Assembly (NCBI GenBank): GCA_973895155.1
Contig: OZ316893.1
Coordinates: 27,228,210-27,292,209, forward strand
DNA length: 64,000 bases
Source: Marsupella aquatica
Lineage: Eukaryota; Plantae; Marchantiophyta
Direction of reading: 5' to 3'
Every line of letters begins with the position of its first letter. The stretch's first letter is position 1. Of this stretch, positions 1 to 10,514 are shown piece after piece. Both the position numbers and the translations under genes were made by a program. Under the pieces are notes generated by a model. That model was not told the origin of the DNA. It ran no database searches and was given only the letters and a program-made list of their open reading frames with translations.

Positions 1-286
1 GTGAAAGATTGATCGAGATATGACCGTCGAAAGGAAGACGAAAATCGCAGAAAAATGACTGAAAAACGGCGAAAACGAATGTGACCATAAGTATGTTGAT
101 ACGGCACCGTTTTGGACGTGTTTTATATCGATTTGATGCGCCTCGGCAAGAGCAAGCTAATGCAACTGAGAAAACTGGATTCCGAGAAAAACTGAGTGCG
201 GGAGGGTAGTCGAAATGGCGCGAAAACTGTGCTACAGTTTGAACTCCATAGCCAGGAGCTCAAAGACCAAAGACCAAAGACCAAAG
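1..286 (-). mobile_element. Probable 5' end of a second, oppositely oriented copy of the CRE element (continues left of the window)
   Basis: About 99% identical to the first 268 nt upstream region of the element at 622..5222. On the minus strand it starts with (GGTCTTT)x3 GAGCTCC, at the same point where the plus-strand copy starts. Confidence 0.6.
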
Positions 287-890
287 CTTTGGAGGGTCAG
301 GAAGGTTTCTTTAACAACCAAATTCTACTGCAATTAGACGGTCAGTTAGGTACAAGAGCAACCAGGAAAGATCTATTCTCCTTTCTACTTTGCCGCTTTG
401 GCCGCCATTTCAATAATTTTGGGAATTCCAAACTATAATACAAGGTTGGGCCTTTTTATGCAGTGCGTCATTCAAATCTGGAGTGGCTTTTTGGGTGAAA
501 ACAAACAGAAATTGCAAAAAGTGGAAGGAATAAAGAACAAATGAATTATATTAATTTTGGTGTGAATGAAAAAGTGAATGAATGCATGACTTCCGGAACT
601 GTATTGAGTTACTCCATCTATGGGTCTTTGAGCTCCTGGCTATGGAGTTCACACTGTAGCACAGTTTTCGCGCCATTTCGACTACCCTCCCGCACTCAGT
701 TTTTCTCGGAATCCAGTTTTCTCAGTTGCATTAGCTTGCTCTTGCCGAGGCGCATCAAATCGATATAAAACACGTCCAAAACGGTGCCGTATCAACATAC
801 TTATGGTCACATTCGTTTTCGCCGTTTTTCAGTCGTTTTTCTGCGATTTTCGTCTTCCTTTCGACGGTCATATCTCGGTCAATCTTTCAC
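1..890. repeat. Long inverted repeat: arm 1..268 is the reverse complement of 623..890, with a 354-bp spacer
   Basis: Read base by base: 1 GTGAAAGATTGATCGAG... pairs with ...CTCGGTCAATCTTTCAC 890, and ...GAGCTCAAAGACC 268 pairs with 623 GGTCTTTGAGCTC. I found about 3 mismatches in 268 bp. The left arm runs off the window edge. Confidence 0.97.
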
Positions 891-1612
891 GGATTTCAGA
901 TTTCTCAAGTGCTTTGTATAGCTCTTCTCCGGGAGTATCAGATTGATCCCAAGGGCGGTCCAATTGGTCTCCTATTGCCCCGATTGGACTTTGATTAGCT
1001 CTCACGTTTTTTCTTCAATTTCCACCGTTCTCACTTTCAATTAGCTTTAGGGTCCTGTAGCAGTTCCTCGTTCACGGAATTTGGCCATTCTCATGTGATT
1101 TGGCCAGCTCTTGTCCGGGAGTGCAACATCTATCCCTACCGCGGTCCTTTTGGTGACATATCAACCACTTTCGGCTCCGATTACGATTCTGATTTACACC
1201 TCCATTTTTGGTGACGGTTTCCCTTGATCAGCTTTGGAGCATTCCTGTCTTGCCACGTTTCTCCTCCGATTGGTGGTTGCCTTTCTTCTTCAGTTCTGAC
1301 AAGGTGGTTTTTGCCAAGTTTCGTGGACCAGTTTGCATTCCACCATCTTTGGGAGCTGTAGCAGCACGCTCAAATCAGCGGAGAGATATTCACTCGCATC
1401 GACTCCTCAACGGACACATCGATGAGAGCTCCAGCTTTGTTCCCGGCTGTGCCTGCACGTGCTCAACGGTTTTCTAGGCTAGCGGGGGCGCCGCTTCTCG
1501 GATTTTGACGCGGTGGGCTCTCTCCATAGCCTTCCCTTTCTTTTCACAAGTCTTGGTTGGGCCTTTTGTCGCTTCTTGATGCGCTTTTGCTTTTATCGGG
1601 TTGCGACCTGTC

Positions 1613-4600
1613 ATGTCTACGTTGAGAGTGTTGGCGCGGGGCAAGCGCCCAGCCCCCCCACACAGTTCTCCCCCCTCCTCCCCCCCGCCTCGTGGTCGCC
1701 TTCGTGTTTGCTCTTCTTCATTGGATCTCTCTCATCTTCGTGATGACCCCATGCCCGATGTTCTGCCAGTCCCCCCAGTCTACTGCCCACCCCATCGACG
1801 CCCTGGCTCCTCTCCCCAGCCCATTCCCCCTCCACCCCTCCAGCATCCCCCTCCGGCCTCTTCATCCACGTCGGTTCCCCCCCCACCTCCTGTCCAGTCG
1901 GTCCCTGCTCCCTCCCCAGACGAGCGTCCCCTGCATACTTGTCCTGAGTGTGGCTGGGTTGGCCTCTCCCTTCCTCATCACCGCGGGCGGGGCCGGTGCC
2001 AACGTCGCCAGCAAGCCCAATCCCAGCCCCAGCCCCCTCTTGACCCAGTTAGCTCTGCCCCTCCTTCCTTGGAGGCTTCCGAGCAGGCATGGAGTTGGGT
2101 TCGCTCTCTAGACCCCCTTCCAGCCTACCATCCAGGGTACATTAGACCTCGCCTTTATAACCACATCCCACTAGCGTTGCGCCCATTAGTTCGGTCATCC
2201 TTGTTGCAACTCATGCAGCTTATCTTGGCGCATCCTATCGAGGTCTCCTATTGGTCTTTACTCATGCTTTTTCCACAGTGGACTCTTACCCTCCCTAGTC
2301 ACGGTGGTCGCGTGGGTCATCGTGAGACTGCCTCTCGTATCCATCGTTTTCTGCGGGGAGATTGGGAACAGCTTCAGGAAGAGTACTTTCTTCGAGCCCG
2401 TTCCTTTACTACCCGTGCTTTGTCTGACCCAGCTCGCCACTCTCATCCTCCAGAGCACAGACGCCTTCGTCGCTCTTGTCGTTTGGCCCAGGCTGGTGAA
2501 TATCGTCGTGCGGTCCAGGCCCTTTCTCCCACCACACCAGCCCCCCCTGGCGAGGTCACCTTGACGGCCCTTCAGGATCTCCATCCGCAGCCCTATGATC
2601 AGCTCCCTTTGTTCGTGGAGGATTTTGAGCCTGAGGAGGATCTTCAGTTTAGTAGGGACCACTTCACCTATGCTTTCCTCCATGCTCCGCGTTGCGCGGC
2701 TGGTGGCCCCTCTGGCTATGTCTTTGAGCATTTTCGTGATTTATTCCCCCCTGAGGATCCTCAGTCTGGTTTTCCAGTTTTCTTCTCCTTTTGCCAGTGT
2801 ATTGCTGCCGGCCGTTTGCCTCCTCCCGTCTCTCGGCTTTTGAGTGCTTCTCGTTTATTGGCCATGGCTAAGTCTTCACCGGGTGTTCGGCCCATAGCTA
2901 TTGGAGAGGTCTTTCTTCGTCTGGTGTCTCGCGCACTTTCATCGCAGTATCGCTCTGCACTATCGGATCATCTCTCTCCACATCAGTTTGCAGTGGGCGT
3001 TCCTGGCGGTTGTGAGACAGTTATTGCGGGTATTCGTACTACCTTGGACCTCCACCCTGATTGGGTTGTCCTCCAGGTTGATGTCTCCAATGCTTTCAAT
3101 ACGGTTTCTCGGGCAACAATTTTTCGTGCTTTGAGGGCAGCGGATCCAGACATCCAGTCCCTTATCCCCTTTGTCCGTTGTTTTTATGGGTGTGAGGCCC
3201 CCCTCTTCTATAGTCATCACACCTCTACAGGAGTGTATACCACTCTTTCTTCTGCAGAAGGTACACGTCAGGGTGACCCTTTGGGTGGGCCTCTTTTTGC
3301 CATTGCCCATTTTACTGCTTTACGAGAAGCCTCCGCGGCCCACCCCCAGTGTATCTTCCCCTCCCTTTCAGATGACACCCACATCATTGGTCCACCTTTT
3401 GCTGTTACTTCTGCCCTCGCCACCCTTTCCACCCATTTGTTGGGCCTCGGTTTACGAGTACAGCCGGTCAAGAGTCGTGCATGGAGTCCAGCTGGGTTAC
3501 CCTCTGATCTTGCGCTTCCCCCTGGGTTCTTACGTCCTGCCGACGGTCTTCGGGTCCTTGGCTCCCCAGTCGGTACCGCCTCCTTTTGCTCATCTTTCAT
3601 TGCTGACGCTCTCCAGGATGCCTTAGCCCCTACTCCTATGCTCCCTAAGTTAGCAGACTCTCAGGCAGCATTTGGGTTGTTATTGAGATGCATCCACCCT
3701 CGTGCGTCCTATTTGGCTCGGACACATCCCCCTACCGAGGATCTTTCTCTACACCTCCGAGCGTTTGATGTCTCCATTCGTGAGACTTTGGCCTCTCTTT
3801 TAGGGCCAGGTACTTTACTCTCATCTCCGTGGCTTCATCGACAGCTCAGTCTTCCTATTTCTCACGGTGGTTTTGGGCTTACTTCCACTGAGCGCCTTGC
3901 ACCTTTGGCCTTCTTGGGCGCGTGGGCGGCCGCCTTCTCATTGTTGGCAGATCGTTTCCTTACTGAGGATCGACCTTTTTTACTTTCATCTCTCATGGAG
4001 GTCGAGGAGGGTTCCCTCCCATTTCAGGTTCATTTGCGCACGGCTCGGTCATCCTTACCCGATCCTGTTCGAGCTGCGTTACCTTCATTCCAGGAGTTTT
4101 TATCCTTGGATCCCGTCCGTCTTCAGGCAGACCTTGCTGGGCGTATGCACGCTTTCACCCTCTCCAGCATCCTCACCGAGGCACCTGACACGGACCGAGC
4201 TCGGATTCTTTCTTCCGGAGGGAAGGGCGCAGGAGGCTGGCTTCAGGCCAATCCAGTCATTCCTCACCTGCGGATGTCTTCAGCGGAGTTTGCGACAGCC
4301 ATGCGTCTTCGTATGGGCTTGCCCCACCCACTTCTAGCTGGTTTACCTCCTACTTGCACTTGTGGGAAGCCTTGTGATGCCACAGGTGTCCATCTTCTTC
4401 GATGCAGTTTGGGTGGCGAAACCATTTTTGTTCACGACGCTGTGAGAGATGCGACTGCTCAGGTTCTCTCTGGCTCTTTGGTCTGCGCGCGGCGGGAGGT
4501 GGTGCTCGAGTTACCTGGTCCTCCATCACAGCGGTTACGGGTGGATCTTACCATGGTCCGTGACGGTCACCGTACTTTGGCAGATGTAGTGGTGGCAAAC

Positions 4601-5008
4601 CCATTGCGCCAAGACATCATTGGGACAGCGGCAACAACGGCAGGGGCAGCAGCATCACGAGCAGCACAAACGAAGGAGGCCAAATATGTTGCACGAGCTT
4701 CATCTGATAGCTTCCTGCCCCTTGCTCTTGAGATATTTGGGCGTCTTCATCATCAGTTCGACGGGCTTCTTCGCCAAGCTGCTCGGGATGTTCACGGCCG
4801 GATGGGTCCCACCGGGCCCCCGCTATCTGTTTTGACCACGCACTTTCGCCAACGCATTTCAGTCACCTTACAGCGTGCTCAAGCTCGGGCCGTCTATCGT
4901 CGATCTCTGACAGTGGGTGCTAGTGTGACTCCGCAGCGGCTAGCCCCCCTAGAGGACATTCCTGTCCCACTTGCCGATCTAGTTTCGACGCTTGATGTAG
5001 ACCACTAG
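1613..5008 (+). CDS. Reverse transcriptase / restriction-like endonuclease polyprotein (CRE clade)
   Basis: Pro-rich N-terminus and Zn-finger-like TCPECG..HH..C. RT motifs GVRPIAIGEVFLRL, HQFAVGVPGGCE, VLQVDVSNAFNTVSR, GTRQGDPLG, SLSDDTHI, LRVLGSPVG. CCHC knuckle CTCGKPCDATGVHLLRC, then HDAVRD and RLE motifs RVDL...LADVVV...KEAKY...FLPLALEIFG. No stops or frameshifts. The first ATG is at 1613 (the track starts at TTG 1601). Confidence 0.93.
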   Translation: MSTLRVLARGKRPAPPHSSPPSSPPPRGRLRVCSSSLDLSHLRDDPMPDVLPVPPVYCPPHRRPGSSPQPIPPPPLQHPPPASSSTSVPPPPPVQSVPAPSPDERPLHTCPECGWVGLSLPHHRGRGRCQRRQQAQSQPQPPLDPVSSAPPSLEASEQAWSWVRSLDPLPAYHPGYIRPRLYNHIPLALRPLVRSSLLQLMQLILAHPIEVSYWSLLMLFPQWTLTLPSHGGRVGHRETASRIHRFLRGDWEQLQEEYFLRARSFTTRALSDPARHSHPPEHRRLRRSCRLAQAGEYRRAVQALSPTTPAPPGEVTLTALQDLHPQPYDQLPLFVEDFEPEEDLQFSRDHFTYAFLHAPRCAAGGPSGYVFEHFRDLFPPEDPQSGFPVFFSFCQCIAAGRLPPPVSRLLSASRLLAMAKSSPGVRPIAIGEVFLRLVSRALSSQYRSALSDHLSPHQFAVGVPGGCETVIAGIRTTLDLHPDWVVLQVDVSNAFNTVSRATIFRALRAADPDIQSLIPFVRCFYGCEAPLFYSHHTSTGVYTTLSSAEGTRQGDPLGGPLFAIAHFTALREASAAHPQCIFPSLSDDTHIIGPPFAVTSALATLSTHLLGLGLRVQPVKSRAWSPAGLPSDLALPPGFLRPADGLRVLGSPVGTASFCSSFIADALQDALAPTPMLPKLADSQAAFGLLLRCIHPRASYLARTHPPTEDLSLHLRAFDVSIRETLASLLGPGTLLSSPWLHRQLSLPISHGGFGLTSTERLAPLAFLGAWAAAFSLLADRFLTEDRPFLLSSLMEVEEGSLPFQVHLRTARSSLPDPVRAALPSFQEFLSLDPVRLQADLAGRMHAFTLSSILTEAPDTDRARILSSGGKGAGGWLQANPVIPHLRMSSAEFATAMRLRMGLPHPLLAGLPPTCTCGKPCDATGVHLLRCSLGGETIFVHDAVRDATAQVLSGSLVCARREVVLELPGPPSQRLRVDLTMVRDGHRTLADVVVANPLRQDIIGTAATTAGAAASRAAQTKEAKYVARASSDSFLPLALEIFGRLHHQFDGLLRQAARDVHGRMGPTGPPLSVLTTHFRQRISVTLQRAQARAVYRRSLTVGASVTPQRLAPLEDIPVPLADLVSTLDVDH

Positions 5009-5059
5009 CTTGTAGCCACATTTGCTAGGTATGATGAGGACCTCGGTCAATTGCGGTAG

Positions 5060-5158
5060 TTTTAGTTACTCTTTCTTGGTTTTTAGGGGTTTCCTTTTGC
5101 TCACTTCTTTTAGTTCCTCTTTCTTGGTTTTTAGGGTTTCCTTTTGCTCACTTCTTTT
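5060..5158 (+). repeat. 48-bp tandem duplication in the CRE 3' UTR
   Basis: TTTAGTT(A/C)CTCTTTCTTGGTTTTTAGGG(G)TTTCCTTTTGCTCACTTCT occurs twice. Confidence 0.9.
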
Positions 5159-5221
5159 GCGTTTGGTTTTGTCCACTTGGGACCTCTCTTGTTTATTCTT
5201 TTGTACTCTATTTGGCCTTTT

Positions 5222-6894
5222 TCTATATAAAGTATGTGTATATTCCATGCTTCCCCAAGCTAGAAGGAAAAAGACAAAGTCTTCTCCTTACCATCCATGT
5301 ATACAAATTAAGTGCTCTTTCCTCTACTATCCATGCTAGCTCTTAACTCCTACCATCATGCAATACCATGCTCCTCCCTCAGTCTACCATCCATGCTATA
5401 GCATCCATGCATGCAGGCTACATAATGATAGTAGTATCACATATCACATAGTCAATCAAGTAGGGCATAATCTAATCAATGAGAGAAAAAGGAGACCAAA
5501 AAGTAATAAAACAGAGGGAACCAAAGGGGGTTGGTTTGGGGTGGTTTGTTGAGCTTTGAAAGGAAAAAAAATGATAAAAACAAAGAAAAATATCATTGTC
5601 GCTGTGTTATACTTTGGTGGTTGATGTTGCCTCTCTTTTGAGTCATGATATCTTTTACTCAAGCTATCTTTTGCAACATGGTAATTTTTCTCAACTACAT
5701 CTTAGCACAACCTCATCTATTATGCAGTGACATCTTTCGACAAACAATATCTTTTAGTAAATTACATGTTTTGCGCAATGATATCTTTTACTTAACAACA
5801 TCTTTTGAGTAGCCACATATTTTACTTGACAACATCTTTTGTGTAATGTTGTCTTTTACTTAACAACATCTTTTACTTACTGACATCTTTTACCTAACAA
5901 CATCTTCTACTTAACAACATCTTTTGAGCAACCACATATTTACTTAACAATGTCTTTTACTTAACTACATCTTTTACTTAAATATATCTTTTGCGCAATG
6001 ACATATTTATTAGCAACATCTTTTGAACAACCACATATTTTACTTAATGACACCTTTTGCGTAACATATTTTACTTAAGGAATCTTTAATGCAACAACAT
6101 GTTTACGCGACAACATCTTTTGTGCATCAGACCTCAAGATCTTTTCTCATCTTGATCTATTTTCCTTACCTTGAGATCTTTTCTCACCTCGACATATATT
6201 TTATCGTTTTCTCATTTTGCTATCTCTATCTCACCACAACATCATTTTCTGACCCTCAACATCTTTGCTCTCCTCGACATTTTTTTCCTCATCTTGACAT
6301 GTTTTTCTCACCTCACCATCTTTTATCTCCTTGACATCTTTTTCTCACCTTGGCCTGTTTTTCTCTCATTGACATATTTTTTCACCTCAACATCTTTTTC
6401 TCACCACACCATCTTTTGTGCAACTTTTGTCTTAACAACATCTTTTCTCTGAAAGACATATTGGGCGCCATGACATCTTGGACAACATGACGTCTCCTTT
6501 CTTAAGGACATCTTGGGTGCCAAGACATCTTTTTTCTGAAAGATATCTTGGCTGACATTATATCTTTTTTCTTAATGACACCTTGGACAACTTGACAACT
6601 TTTTTCTTAACGACATCTTAGGCAACATGACATCATTTTTCTTAAGGACATCTTGGGTGCCACTACATCATTTTTCTTAACGATATCTTTGGTTTTCTTC
6701 ACGATATCCTGGGCAACATGACATTTGTTTTCTTAACAATATCTTGGGCGACACCACATCTTTTTTTCTTAAAGGTATCTTGGTCGACACAACATCTTTT
6801 TTCTTAACATCTTCTTTTCTTAGCAACATCTTGGGCAACACAACATCCTTTTTCTTCACAACATCTTTTGTGCAGCGCATGGGTATTGAGCTAG
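5222..6894 (+). mobile_element. Non-autonomous Helitron-like element with internal ACAACATCTTTT minisatellite
   Basis: The 3' end GTGCAGCGCATGGGTATTGAGCTAG|T (CTAG 6891-6894) matches the plant Helitron hairpin-remnant+CTAG terminus. Putative 5' TCTATATAAA at 5222. Degenerate ACAACATCTTTT units run over about 5670-6870. Confidence 0.65.
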
Positions 6895-7047
6895 TAATTT
6901 AATAAAGTGGAGGTTTTTGGTTGCTTGCAATTCCAAGTTTGTGACATCATGTCTTTTAAAGTAGATTTCTACAAAAGGCATATATTAGAATCTGCACATT
7001 TTTGTTTATTAAACTGTTTGCAGTCACGGTAGTCCATCATTCATTAG

Positions 7048-7400
7048 ATTTGTTTTTTTGTTTTTGTTTTTGTTTTTTTTTGTTTTTTTTTTGGAACTTG
7101 GCAATTTGTTAAAGTGGCCACCGTGGCAATGACCAGCGGGGCGCAACACAATACAAGAAAAGGGTCAGGACACACGACAACCGATGTCAAAACCCCAATA
7201 TCCCAACAGTCCTTAAAGCCAACAGCAAATAGAAGGGCCAAGTGGTAGCTAAAACCAAAAACAAAACCACACAAAAGAAAGGCAAAGCACAAACTTCCCA
7301 ATGGGAAGGGTGACCCCAACACTGGCAAGGGACTAACAACAAAGACCCCAACTAATCAATTCAACTGCGACTAGAAGCCCTAGCAATCAAAGCAGTGATT
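7048..7400 (-). mobile_element. LINE-like 3' UTR with A-rich tail
   Basis: The minus strand reads as a T/G-rich UTR followed by ...GTTCC and an A-rich tail (T-runs at 7048-7092 on +). Same orientation as the L1 ORF2 fragment at 10515..11450. Confidence 0.55.
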
Positions 7401-7411
7401 TCAATTAGAGT

Positions 7412-10400
7412 ATGTGTGACACGGGTAATGTGTCACTAAACAGGACGCAAGTCCTAGATTAGGACTTATACGGTCATTAGGACCGTAGCCGTAGCGTAGA
7501 GTAGTACGAATAGCCGTCTTTGCCATTATGAATAGATTAGGAGTAGATTAGTTGACTGAATGATTATGAATTAAGGGAAGGACATTATTACAATCGGCCG
7601 AGGTATGGTGGCGGCGGCGGAGTAAAAATCCGTTAGGAGATCACGCTTGGACCGAGACACCCAACTTCGAGCCATTATCGATGACTAAAACGACCTTGCC
7701 TTCTCACGCTCGAGCTCACCCTGGCACCTCCATAAGACCTGAGTCAATGGTGCCGCGTCCCATTTGCTCATTCATACTTTTTGGAATTCGCGGACGCTGC
7801 CACTCACTCTCGCATTTTGCTTGGATTGAGCTAACTTTTACGGGAAATTATCAAAGGTTAAGAGCGGATTATGGCGAGATTTAGTTAGGGCAAGGAAGGC
7901 CTCCACCAGCGGGCAAAACTGCCGGGCGGGGACGCGGACTCGACGAACCAGACTGCAAAGGTTAGTATGACCCTTATAGCTTTGGGATTTTGGACCTTGT
8001 TTGGCGAGGTAAGTGCTAAATTCTCCGAGACTTACTGGTACTCTTGCCCCGGGAAAGCCGCCTACGAACGAAGATACACAAAGTTGGTGGCCAAGGTAGC
8101 ACAGGTTAAATTTGAGAAGATAGCCATCACCAGGGATTCCAGCTACAATGAGATGCGAGACTACATCACTGAGCTATATATCAGCGAGGAGGGACTTAGA
8201 TCCGTAGCAGAGGCAATTCTTGAAGTCCCCACAAAGTTCTTTAGGCTGACGGGCAGCCAGAGGCTGACTCAAGCGGAGTTAGACAAGATCCCGGGTTACA
8301 TTGACCAACAGATTGCAGCCAAGAAGCACGAAGAAGACATCAGCAGACAACAGGAAGCGGCCCGTAATCTCACGTTCCTCGGGGAAAGCTCCCATGCCTT
8401 CAACTGGGATATGGCTACCCCGACGCCACCCCCAGCCCCTCGGCCGATGACCACCGGCGTACCACCAAACCGGTCCCAAGTCCGTTCGGTGAACAACACC
8501 GAGTGTGGCCCCAAACCGACCGTGCGGACCAACGCCGCCCTTGCACCTGCCCCGGCCAACCCGCCGACCAACCAGTCCCGACGGTCCTCGGATAATCAAC
8601 AGCCCAACTTATTGTAGGTAATCCGCGTCCCCGAGATAGTCTGGACCACCATCAAGAAACCAGACCACGCGGGCTACCTTAAGGAACATCAGTTGGAGCA
8701 GTTTGCTCACCTGCTATGGAGGCCTAGCGCAGCCGGGCCAAAGGAGGTTATGAGTTCATCTCCAACTTTGACATTGATGCGGCAGCCACCAAGGTTTCAG
8801 GGCTGACCCTATCACTTACGGAGTATCGATTGGCACATATCTTTTGTCTTCCAACCGGGCCTGTGTTGGTTGAACTCCAAATTTGGGATAAGGAGTATAC
8901 ACCCCGGCACTTCAAACCCAAGGGTAAGACAGACAACGGGTACAAGTAGGGGTCATGCACCAACTTAGTCTCTATGGAGCGGCTTAACTTCATACGGACT
9001 ACCCTACACATGATTGAGTCACGATCCAAGATCTCCCTCTATACGATTGTACAGGTGGAGCAGTATAAGCGGCGGAACTGGGCCCAATTATTTTTCCGTA
9101 GGTTCTTGGGGGAGCTTAAGCGGGCTCAAGCAGGTATGTCTATTGGGGGAAGGACCTACCTAGGAAGTCACATCGCCATCATCCTAGCCTGGTACAAAGT
9201 GTGGCGGGAGGCCAAGGGAAAGAACATGGCCACCTCAGCCCCGACTAGCGTCGCACCCGCTCCAGAGGAGGCTACCCCGAGCGAGCAGACTACCACGCCT
9301 CGGGCAAACCCCGAGCCCGTGGCCCCGACTAATACTCTGCCGCCTCCTTCCATTGAAATTCTGCCGCCTCCTTCCGTCAAGCCTCCGCTACCCCCAGTTC
9401 AACCACCCCCAATCCCTCCACCACCTGAAGAAACCTTCCCCTCCCCGTTGCAGACTGCGGAGGAGGTCGCCGCCCCGCCTGAGGAACCACCGGTGCCCGA
9501 GAGGATGGAGGACTACCAAGTAGTCCCGGGGACCATGGCCTACGACCTGGTCCAGAAGTTTAGCCTGACTCTGTCAGGGGAGCTAGCGACGTACATCGGC
9601 CAACAGGTCTCGGCGTACTTCCAACCAACCTTCTTCATGTTAGAGCACCAACCACGGATCGTAAGCCGCTTAGAGGAAGAACTCATGGCAAAGGGGAACG
9701 AGATCGGGCGCCTCCAATTGCTAGTAGAACACCTCGAGGAGGAGGCCACCACCCGCCGTGAAGAGTTAGTCCGCACCGTCGAATAGCGGGACGGACTAAG
9801 CCAGGAGTTGAGCGTGGCACAAGCAGATCTCAAGAAGTTGGACGACACTGTGCTTCAGCTGCGCTCAGAGTCCTCGGCTCAAGCTACCAGCCTGATCGAC
9901 CTCAACAAACAATTCCTGCAAGCAACTCAGCAGGTGGCTAGTATCTCCGCCGAGCGAGATAAATTGCTGGCGCAGGACCAGAACCATCATGACTCCATCG
10001 GCCAGCTCAGCCTAGAGGTAGCACGGCTCCAGACCGAGGCCAACGAAGCCGCAAACGAGGCAAAGGAGGCGGTTCCGGATAACAAGGCCTTGCAAGAGCG
10101 CATTACCCTGCTCGTAAGTCAGCGGAATGGACCTAGACCCACCTCTAATCAAGGCGGCTCGAGGTCTTGTCCCGACAAGAGGACAAACCCTGGACCAACG
10201 GCAGCTCGCACATAAGGGGTGGTTAGCGGAGGGAGCAGGCAGGTGCTGCTCGTTGCGGTTGGGTCAGCAACATCTTTTCCAATTAGGCTTAACGATAGAA
10301 TAGCTGTCATTAGGCGCCGATTAGCGGCGCAGTAGGAAGGATTAGGATAGGATCAGTTAGGATCATCCGGCGTAGGATAGAGCCCATCGACGGACTAGAA

Positions 10401-10510
10401 CTTTGGTCAGTAGGCCTGGCTAGTGACGCCAGTCAGTGCCCCTTGCCACTGACGGTCAACCGGTCAGGGGAAGTGCGGCCGGCTAGTCAGAAGTTAGTTA
10501 GTCAGTAGGC
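7412..10510 (+). mobile_element. Decayed LTR-retrotransposon (gypsy-like) fragment carrying an extra ORF
   Basis: GC-rich block with hairpin-rich LTR-like start (GTGACAC..GTGTCAC, AAGTCCTA..TAGGACTT, TACGGTC..GACCGTA) and a long broken ORF. No gag/pol is seen and the boundaries are approximate. Confidence 0.5.
7967..10215 (+). pseudogene. Broken retroelement-associated ORF: PMD/Transposase_32-like domain, Pro-rich linker and coiled coil
   Basis: ORFs 7967..8617, 8974..9786 and 9808..10215 join through TAG stops and one frameshift near 8748. Reconstructed text includes EV/YEFISNFD...TKVSGLTLSLTEYRLAHIFCLP and NWAQLFFRRFLGELK...TYLGSHIAIIL, followed by heptad-rich sequence. Confidence 0.55.
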
Positions 10511-10514
10511 ATTC

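Larger units (their letters stand above)
622..5222 (+). mobile_element. Full-length CRE-clade (RLE-type) non-LTR retrotransposon, apparently intact
   Basis: About 1-kb 5' region, single 1131-aa RT+RLE ORF and a T-rich 3' UTR ending TTGGCCTTTTT. Candidate TSD TCTAT at 617-621 and 5222-5226 (its first T overlaps the terminal T-run). The 3' end is shared with the truncated copy at 26087..26417. Confidence 0.85.

Noticed and set aside
1617-4835. Many overlapping alternative-frame and antisense ORFs inside the RT gene (likewise inside the MFS, PUX2 and GT genes)
   Set aside because: Shadow ORFs of GC-rich coding sequence with no recognisable motifs.
5031-5056. Hammerhead-ribozyme-like ATGATGAGGACCTCGGTCAATTG in the CRE 3' UTR
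   Set aside because: Lacks the CUGA C and the GAAA box, and no stems I/III are evident.
5082-5136. TTTAGGG telomere motifs suggesting telomere targeting by the CRE element
   Set aside because: Only two isolated copies, produced by the 48-bp UTR duplication. There is no telomeric array at either junction.
6089-6880. ORFs in the ACAACATCTTTT region (also 19307..19725)
   Set aside because: Translations of minisatellite sequence, not proteins.
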